This document shows, piece by piece, positions 53,722 through 61,400 of a stretch of 64,000 bases of DNA. The stretch comes from an uncultured Planctomycetia bacterium (lineage in GTDB: Bacteria > Omnitrophota > Gorgyraeia > 2-02-FULL-51-18): contig CAZSGP010000006.1 in the NCBI GenBank assembly GCA_964606485.1, positions 62,925 to 126,924 of the forward strand, in the 5' to 3' direction. The notes beneath the pieces are model-generated. The model was not told where the DNA came from and ran no database searches. It saw only the letters and a program-made list of their open reading frames with translations. Numbering within the stretch: the first letter of the stretch is position 1; the number at the start of each line of letters is the position of its first letter. Position numbers and translations under genes: made by a program.

Positions 53722-54967
53722 AGACGGGTCGAATCTCCTGAACGCGTGGAGCCAAAAACAACATCACCGAAATCCTGCAAACACAGGATAACAAAAAGAG
53801 CGTTAAGAAGGAATAGCTGAATGCCGCCGGCAGGCGGTGAAACAACAAGCCTCCCAGTGCCGCTCCGCCTAAAACCGCGACACTGTTGACCACGTTGAAA
53901 TACGAAAAACAGCGAATGCGCTTTTCCGGACTCACCGCTTCCATGATGAAATTAGCCGTCAGCAAATTAAACCCACCCCAAAAGCCTCCCGCCACAATTT
54001 GTACAAAAAATAAATAGGCAATATGATGGGAAAATATCCATAGAAATGGGATGAGCGCAATCCCCCACCCCACGACTTTAAACGTCGTGATGTTTCCCCG
54101 CCGGTCTGCCATACGCCCCCAGAAACCCTGCGCCGCAAATCCAGACAAGGCCGCCGTCGAAACAACAATCATGTAATAGGCGTAGCTAAAGCCCAGGTCT
54201 TTGAGTAAGAAAACTGCGAGGAGCGGCCCTGAAATATTCACCGCAAAACTCATCATGGAGACCATGATGACGAACTTTGCAAAATTGCTCGTGCGAAATT
54301 GTTTGATAAACGCCCAAAAACTAAAATAGACGTCGTGCGAACTTTTCCGAAACGGCTCTTTCATTTTTAAGAGACAGGCCCATGCCGCGAAACGGCAAAC
54401 CATGGCGAATAAAAAGATCCAGGCGAAACCTTTGAGACTCAATTTTCCGTAGTGATTGAGCAGAAGACCGGCAATCACCGAAACCGTCACTGTGAAAAAT
54501 CCCTGAAGCCTGTTTCGGAACCCAAAATACCGCCCTCTTTTTTTAACGGGGATGTAGTCGGACATCAAGCTTTGCCAGGCCGGCACCGAAAAAGCACCAA
54601 TCGTAGTAAAAATCGTAGCCGCTGCAAGAAGCGCCCAAGGAGCCCAAGAAGAAAATCGAGTCTTTAAGACGAGTAAGGGTGCGGCCAAAATTAAAAGCCA
54701 GGAAGCCGCATGAAAGAAAACAGAAATATTAATGAGTTTTGTCCGATGCCCCATGACTTGGGTAACGCGAGCCGATTGGGTTTGGATAATCGTGGCCACG
54801 AGCATGGGAATGGCCGCTAAAAAAGCAACTTGAGAGGGTGAGGCGCCGAGCGCAATGCCGTAAGGGATGAGATATGACTCACTCACCCCCACCATCATGG
54901 CGGTGAAAAGCCCGTCCGCTAAAGAATAGCGAAGACTGCGGCGAATAGATCCCTTTTCAAACTTCAT
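53714..54967 (-). CDS. MFS transporter
   Basis: 417 aa, 12 predicted TM helices, MFS motif-A-like GRMADRRG loop. Confidence 0.65.
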   Translation of the reverse strand: MKFEKGSIRRSLRYSLADGLFTAMMVGVSESYLIPYGIALGASPSQVAFLAAIPMLVATIIQTQSARVTQVMGHRTKLINISVFFHAASWLLILAAPLLVLKTRFSSWAPWALLAAATIFTTIGAFSVPAWQSLMSDYIPVKKRGRYFGFRNRLQGFFTVTVSVIAGLLLNHYGKLSLKGFAWIFLFAMVCRFAAWACLLKMKEPFRKSSHDVYFSFWAFIKQFRTSNFAKFVIMVSMMSFAVNISGPLLAVFLLKDLGFSYAYYMIVVSTAALSGFAAQGFWGRMADRRGNITTFKVVGWGIALIPFLWIFSHHIAYLFFVQIVAGGFWGGFNLLTANFIMEAVSPEKRIRCFSYFNVVNSVAVLGGAALGGLLFHRLPAAFSYSFLTLFLLSCVCRISVMLFLAPRVQEIRPVYE

Positions 54968-54982
54968 AAACAGAGCAAGAAC

Positions 54983-55501
54983 CTAGGACGCGAGAATTTT
55001 AGCGACGTCGTCCTGCATTTTCTTCGACACGGAGTGATATTCTCCGACAATCGTGCCATCAGACTTCACAAGCAAACTCGTGGGAATACCAACGATTCCG
55101 TAGGCAGAAGCTGCAGATTCATCGCTGTCCAAAAGCACTGGGTACGTCATATTCATTTTCTTCGCAAAATTGGAAACTTTTTTATGGGATTCCCCGATAT
55201 CAACGCCGAGAATCGTAAAACCGTTGGCGCCATATTGTTCTTGAAGCTTGATCAGATCGGGAATTTCTTCGCGGCAAGGCGGGCACCACGTGGCCCAAAA
55301 GTTCACCACCACAGCTTTATGCTTGGCGAGCTCCGCCTTCAGGTTAACTTCATTCCCGTTTAAATCCCTAAGACTGAAATATTTATCTTCCGTGAGCTTA
55401 TTGCCGGCTGTTTCGGTGTAAGTGGCATTGGCTCCCCCACAACCAAAACTGCAAATCATGAGCGAAAATAAAAATAAACCCGTCAAAATTCGGTGTCTCA
55501 T
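54983..55501 (-). CDS. Thiol:disulfide oxidoreductase lipoprotein, TlpA/ResA-like thioredoxin fold
   Basis: Lipobox MICSFGC, WATWCPPCREE active site. Confidence 0.8.
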   Translation of the reverse strand: MRHRILTGLFLFSLMICSFGCGGANATYTETAGNKLTEDKYFSLRDLNGNEVNLKAELAKHKAVVVNFWATWCPPCREEIPDLIKLQEQYGANGFTILGVDIGESHKKVSNFAKKMNMTYPVLLDSDESAASAYGIVGIPTSLLVKSDGTIVGEYHSVSKKMQDDVAKILAS

Positions 55502-56202
55502 ACCAACAATCCCCCCATCTTGATCAAGAAATATTCAGCTGCAAAAATTAAAATCCATCCAAAAAATTTTTTTATGCGTTCAAGCCAAAGACCTGACTTC
55601 GGCATTGATGCCAAAAGCCCGGTGAACGTGCCAAGAACGAGCATCAAAAATCCGACGCCATATCCAAACACAAATAAAAGTGAAAAGCCGTACAACAAAT
55701 TTTGCTTCGTTCCGACGTAGACGAGAATCGACGCAAGCACGGGCGCCGTGCAAGGACCGACGATGAGGCCTGACACCGCTCCCACTAAAAAAACACTCAA
55801 ATAACCCTTGCCGCGACCCGGAGCGCTGTTGCCCACGAGTGAAATTTGAGGCAAATTAAAAACACCAAGCATCGAAAGACCTAAAAGAAGACAAATATTC
55901 GCGACAAATAAATACGACCAGGGGCTCGAACCCACTTGTCCAAAAAATTTTCCCGTTAGTGAGGCGACTGCTCCCAGAACGGCGTAGGTAATGGCCATGC
56001 CAAGCACATAGACTAAAGAGAGCGTGAAACCTTTCCAGCGTGACCCTGCACTGCGAGCGCCGATGAATCCAAGTGTGAGCGGAATCACCGGATACACACA
56101 GGGCGTAAAACTCACCAAGATCCCTGCTAAAAATACCGCCGGGAACGCGAGTACTGGGTTACTCGCGATGATGTGTTCAATGTTTGAGAAAAGAGTTTCC
56201 AT
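55498..56202 (-). CDS. ccdA: Cytochrome c biogenesis protein CcdA (DsbD transmembrane-domain family)
   Basis: FTPCVYPVIPL and second TM Cys (VGPCTAPV) motifs, 234 aa; overlaps tlpA-like start. Confidence 0.8.
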   Translation of the reverse strand: METLFSNIEHIIASNPVLAFPAVFLAGILVSFTPCVYPVIPLTLGFIGARSAGSRWKGFTLSLVYVLGMAITYAVLGAVASLTGKFFGQVGSSPWSYLFVANICLLLGLSMLGVFNLPQISLVGNSAPGRGKGYLSVFLVGAVSGLIVGPCTAPVLASILVYVGTKQNLLYGFSLLFVFGYGVGFLMLVLGTFTGLLASMPKSGLWLERIKKFFGWILIFAAEYFLIKMGGLLV

Positions 56203-57251
56203 TATTTTTTAAGCTTCACCGATCTTAGTTGTCCGCACGCCGCCTGAATGTCCTGCCCCTTTGAAAAGCGCACCGTCGTTTTAATTCCAGAGTCTTGCAA
56301 AATTTGCTGAAACTGCACCACATCCGGGTAGGACGGTGCCACGTGCGAAAATTCTGGGATGGGGTTATAAGGAATCAAATTCACCTTGCACAACATCCCC
56401 TTCAGAAGCTTGCACAAATCCCGCGCTTCTTTAGGGCCGGCGTTGATTCCTTTGATTAAAATGTACTCAAATGTGATGGCGCGCTTCGTTTTTTTAGCGT
56501 AGCGACGGCAGACATCCATCAGATCCTCAACCGGATAAGCAGCGTTCACCGGCATCACCGCATCGCGTACACTGTTCGTGGCCCCATGAAGTGACACCGA
56601 AAGCTCGACTTGAAGCTCTTCCTTCATTAGCGCTTCAATCTTTGGAACCACTCCGCAAGTCGAAATCGTAATTTTCCGCGCGCCAAAATTAAGCCCGCTT
56701 TTGGAATTTAAAATCCGGATCGTCTTTAAAACCTCGACGTAATTATCGAACGGCTCACCAATTCCCATAAACACGATGTTGTTGATTTTTTTAGAGGGCG
56801 ATGCGTCGCGCGCGAGTAGCACCTGCGCCAAAATTTCACCTGATTTTAAATTGCGGAAAAATCCGTCCTGGCCGCTCGCGCAAAATGCGCAGTGAAACTT
56901 GCAACCTACTTGGGAGGATATGCACGCGGTTGTGCGCCATGCCGTCGTGTACCGGTCTTTGTTGACCATGCAAACAGTTTCCACGTAATCCTTGTCATTT
57001 AATTTTAAAAGTAGTTTTTGGCTTTTGTCCTCTGCTGATTTTTGCCGCTCAACCACTTCCGGAAAGGCAATTGTAAAATTTTCCTTAAGTTTACTGCGCA
57101 ATTCCACCGAAAGATTCGTCATTTTATCAAAATCATAAACGCCTTTTTCGAACACCCAGTTTAAGATCTGATCGGCGCGGTAGCCTTCAATGCCCGCTTC
57201 GGTGAATTTTTTCTTGAGTTCAGTGGGAACAAAATTAAGAATCGAGATCAT
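56202..57251 (-). CDS. rlmN: Radical SAM 23S rRNA/tRNA adenine C2-methyltransferase RlmN
   Basis: CISSQVGCKFHCAFCASG radical-SAM cluster motif, GIGEPFDNY, C-terminal conserved Cys (AACGQL). Confidence 0.8.
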   Translation of the reverse strand: MISILNFVPTELKKKFTEAGIEGYRADQILNWVFEKGVYDFDKMTNLSVELRSKLKENFTIAFPEVVERQKSAEDKSQKLLLKLNDKDYVETVCMVNKDRYTTAWRTTACISSQVGCKFHCAFCASGQDGFFRNLKSGEILAQVLLARDASPSKKINNIVFMGIGEPFDNYVEVLKTIRILNSKSGLNFGARKITISTCGVVPKIEALMKEELQVELSVSLHGATNSVRDAVMPVNAAYPVEDLMDVCRRYAKKTKRAITFEYILIKGINAGPKEARDLCKLLKGMLCKVNLIPYNPIPEFSHVAPSYPDVVQFQQILQDSGIKTTVRFSKGQDIQAACGQLRSVKLKK

Positions 57252-57254
57252 TTT

Positions 57255-57881
57255 TTAAGCCGCTGGACAGCGGTCCGCCAAGTGAGACGCATCGTTTATA
57301 AACACAAGTCGAGTGCGTTTGTCTTTTTCTTCAATCATCGTGAGACTCGTGTTATCAATCTGTAAATTTAAAAGCAAATTATCAAAATCGGCCTTCAGCC
57401 AATTGGACAAGAGCGCCGTAATCACGCCGCCGTGCGTCACAATCAAAACATTTTTTCCGTGGTTTGATTTTAAAATCTGATTCACGCGCTTTGTCACACG
57501 GTTTCTAAAATTTTTTAAGAGCTCGCCCTTCGGAATTTTAATCGAAGAGGGTTTTTTGAGCCATTTCTGATACCCCAGGTCATACAACCGGTCGACTTCC
57601 TCGGGGGTTTTGCCTTCCCAAATACCCAAATGAATTTCCCGGATCAGCGGGTCTTTGATCACCGGAATTTTTTTGTGGTGACTAATCGCAAGTGTCGTGG
57701 AGTACGCGCGGCCAAGATCGCTCGAATAAATTTTATCGATTTTAATTTTTTTAAGACGTAAGCCTAACTGCTTCGCTTGAAACTCGCCCTTTTTCGTCAA
57801 ATGCGAATCATGATGCCCTTGAATGCGCCCGAGATCGTTGTAGGCGGATTCAGCGTGGCGAACAATTATTAAACGTGTCAT
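57255..57881 (-). CDS. Histidine phosphatase family protein (phosphoglycerate mutase-like)
   Basis: LIIVRHAESAYN and LIVTHGGVI motifs. Confidence 0.7.
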   Translation of the reverse strand: MTRLIIVRHAESAYNDLGRIQGHHDSHLTKKGEFQAKQLGLRLKKIKIDKIYSSDLGRAYSTTLAISHHKKIPVIKDPLIREIHLGIWEGKTPEEVDRLYDLGYQKWLKKPSSIKIPKGELLKNFRNRVTKRVNQILKSNHGKNVLIVTHGGVITALLSNWLKADFDNLLLNLQIDNTSLTMIEEKDKRTRLVFINDASHLADRCPAA

Positions 57882-57883
57882 AT

Positions 57884-58396
57884 TTATCCTAAAAACTCTT
57901 TATATTCTTTTGCCAATGCCGAATAGCGCTTTGCCCAAGGTTTATGGCCGGCCACGTCTTTTGGAGACAACGTGCGCACCACTTTTCCGGGAACTCCGAG
58001 CACTAATGAATAGGGCGGGATCTTGGCGTTTTCGAGCACCACTGCCCCCGCGCCTATCAAACTAAATTTTCCGATCACGGCACCACTTAAAATCCGCGCG
58101 CCAATCCCGATCAGCACTCCATCCCCCACTGTGCAAGCGTGAACCGTGGCTTGATGCCCGCAAATAATTCCTTTTCCGAGAGCGCAGGGCTTGTCGGTGT
58201 CGACATGAACGACAGCGTTGTCCTGGATATTCGTGCCCTCGCCCACGCTGATTTTGTTAATGTCTCCGCGAAGCACCGCGCCAAACCAGACACTCACGTC
58301 TTTGGCGAGTGTTACATTGCCAACGACGTGCGCCCCCGGCGCTACAAAAACAGATGGATGAATTTTTGGGCTTTTGCCCTTAAAAGGAAAAATCAT
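57884..58396 (-). CDS. Gamma-carbonic-anhydrase-like / hexapeptide-repeat (LbH) protein
   Basis: 170 aa with left-handed beta-helix hexapeptide repeats and His ligands typical of the CaiE/PaaY/gamma-CA family. Confidence 0.75.
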   Translation of the reverse strand: MIFPFKGKSPKIHPSVFVAPGAHVVGNVTLAKDVSVWFGAVLRGDINKISVGEGTNIQDNAVVHVDTDKPCALGKGIICGHQATVHACTVGDGVLIGIGARILSGAVIGKFSLIGAGAVVLENAKIPPYSLVLGVPGKVVRTLSPKDVAGHKPWAKRYSALAKEYKEFLG

Positions 58397-58436
58397 AAGA
58401 CGACATTATACCACCCTAAACTAAGGTATTGTCGGA

Positions 58437-61400
58437 TTAGGCGGAGGCGAGCACGTGGCGCTCGGCAAGCCGCGCAGCCGAAACGGCTTCGTCGACGCTC
58501 ACCTTAAAGGCTGCCTTGAGAACGATGGTTTCTATCTGTGAGAGTTCCAGACCTGCCTTAACGGCGATCCTATAAAGAAATTGATTATCAATAAACGTAT
58601 TCGCGCTAATAACTTTCCACGCACTAATCGTCGAGTCACTAATACGACCTTCTGAATTATGCACCGCAATGGCCAACTGATCCAAAGAGTAGTAAGCAAA
58701 TACCTGCCCTTCCGAAAGCTTCTCAACTGGCAGGTACAAAACCTTTGAATTTGGATCAGGGTGAGTTATTTTTTGAAAATTATTTGTAAAACAAATCTGG
58801 TCTTCGAAGGCTTTGTCGCCCGGGTTTAAAATTTCACCCACCGCTTTCTTGAAAATTGGGATCTTATCCCCTCGGACACCAAAGCTTTCGGCATCCTCTA
58901 GCATTTTGTTTTTGTATGTTGCCAAATAAGCGTAGGCCCTAGCCCTAAGAACTTCATCGGACGAATTCAATACCGCATTTAAAGGAAGTTTGGGGGAGCT
59001 GAGTTTAATCCGAAGCAAGGCCAGTGCTCTTAATTCAAGATTCGTTTCCAAAGTTCGATCATTGTCCGCTCTTAGCGCATCCAAATCAAAACCGATGGTT
59101 AATGGTTTTGTAAGTGTCTCAGGAACTCTTTGTCCCAACGCATTTGACACTGCATTTTCCATAGTTTGCAGAGCAAAATCCGCCTGACGCGCGGACAAAA
59201 CCACGAGTGAGCTAGGTCGTTTCTTTGCCGGATCTGCAAGTTCAATGGGCAAAGCTTTAGGATCGCTTTGAATGCGGATTTGAATCTGATTTCCCTTTTC
59301 TTCAAAAACCACAACAGATGTTTTTTCTTTTAAGGTGACCGCAACGGCTTTACCAGCCACCAAATCTCCAAAATGCTCAAATACCCGCTGACTAAAACCG
59401 GACACGAGTTCTGGATAAGCCAATTCCGCCGCCAACTTATTGACGTACCGCTGAAGATCGCCCGGGCTAAAAGGCTTTGCTAGCGCTACTGTGTTAATGC
59501 CAAGAGCTGATTTAAATTCAGGGTTGCTTGTATCCCCTGAAATAAAAATAACAGGTACTCGCGAAGAAGTTTGAATGCCCATCGCCCCTTGGCGCAAAAC
59601 ACCGATGACGTCCAAACCCATGTAAATCTTACCTTCGATTTTTTTAGAATCCCTCGTATTGTTATCGGTAATTATTAGATCGAATGGCTCTGAATTTTTA
59701 AGGGCCTCTAGCGCTTCGGATGAATGTGCAACCTCTACGATATCGCCATCTTTCACGCCCATTCTCACAAGAGTCATCCTCATAATCCTTCGAAGAGGCT
59801 CTTCATCATCAACAATTAGCACTTTTTTAAACGTAACAGCAGGTTTTGGCGCGCTTTCTATCGGCCGCTCAACAGAGGGCATTGCCGGCACCACCGGCGA
59901 AAATGGATTGCTCGAATTTTTTCTTTCAAGATTTCTAAGCGCCGAGGAAGCCTTGATAGCCGAGCTCACAATCGCTTGATAAGATTGTTGGCTCAGAACC
60001 TCAGCGGGCATCATTGAATACTCAAGAAAACCGAATCCCGTTAGGGCACTCGCCAGAAGGGCTAATTGAATCTCGGCGTCTCGAACACCGGAAAGCTTCT
60101 GTATTAATTGTTCATTCTGCACGAGAGCACGTCTGTACAAAAGAAGCAGCGGCCCTACAACATCTCTTTGATTTTCATAGGTCTCGCCCATCTCAAGTTT
60201 CCCAGAGAGAATGCTCATTTCTCCGATAATTTCACTTAACTGTGCCAGTGGATTGTCAAAATCAAGCACCAAAAACTTTCTTCCTTCCGCTTCACCAAAC
60301 GGATAATCAATACCAGAATTCAAATAAAACGTTAGGCTGTGAGAAATGGATTGAATGGCGCTAAACTCCCTAAGGAGAAGTTCCCGGTCATCAGCACTAA
60401 GAGGTTTCTCCGCAATCAAGGCGAGACAATTCATCGCTTTATTGGGAAGCTCGTATTTTCCAGATCCCCCCCTATTCCTTCTCAAAGTTTCGACAATCAC
60501 TCTTTCGCTCAGATTGACTTGAAGATCCGCCTCCCTTCCAATGTTTTTATGTATAAGATTCGATAACTCTCCCAGCTGGAACTGAGCCTCCTCCATTACT
60601 GAATCATAATTTCCTCCGCGATTTTGAGCAAAAGCAAGAATGTGAATGGGTGTGTCCAATTGGGAGACGATATGACTGAGCCTCTCCGAGAACTCTTTCA
60701 AAAACACCGATTTTCTAGCCTCCTCATGACTAAAACCCTCAGGCTTCTTGAACGAATAAGTCGTTTCCGAAAGCCGCGCGGCGGATTGAATGGACTGAAT
60801 TTTTTTTCGATTCGTTTCCTGGTACTGCCTCCAAATAAACCCGGCAAGCCTGTTTATTTTTGGATCAATTTCTTGTGCCGATATAAAAGTTTGTGGAACA
60901 GTTTTTTGGGGAGCATTCATGGCTGTCAAAATTAATGCGATGAGCGTTTGAGTGTCTAAGTCTTTAATGTCTTCGTAGCGCCGGTATGTCCAATCGATCC
61001 GGCTTATTTGATTGTCAAAATATAGAACAAAAGGAACACTCAGGCTCTCCATTTGGCTAACCCACATATCAGTGGCCTTCGAATCTGTTTGGCTTGAGTT
61101 TATGTTGCCGATGATTTTTTCATGAAGCCGTTTCATTTGACCATAGATATCAATATCGGTTTTTTCAAGAACCCTTAAAAAGTCAGCTGGGTTTTCATTC
61201 ATATCGGCCGACAGAATCGCAATCATAGCCCGCTTGACGCGGAGGTTAAACTGAGTTTTCAGAGCTCGTTCATCAGTAAGCGGTTTTGAAATCTCAGAAA
61301 GCCGCGCGGCGCTTACCACTTTTGACTCTGCAAGAATTCCCATCTCCACTAAGAGCTTGGGATTGCTCTCTTCTCCGACTCCTCTGGAATAGCGCTGTAC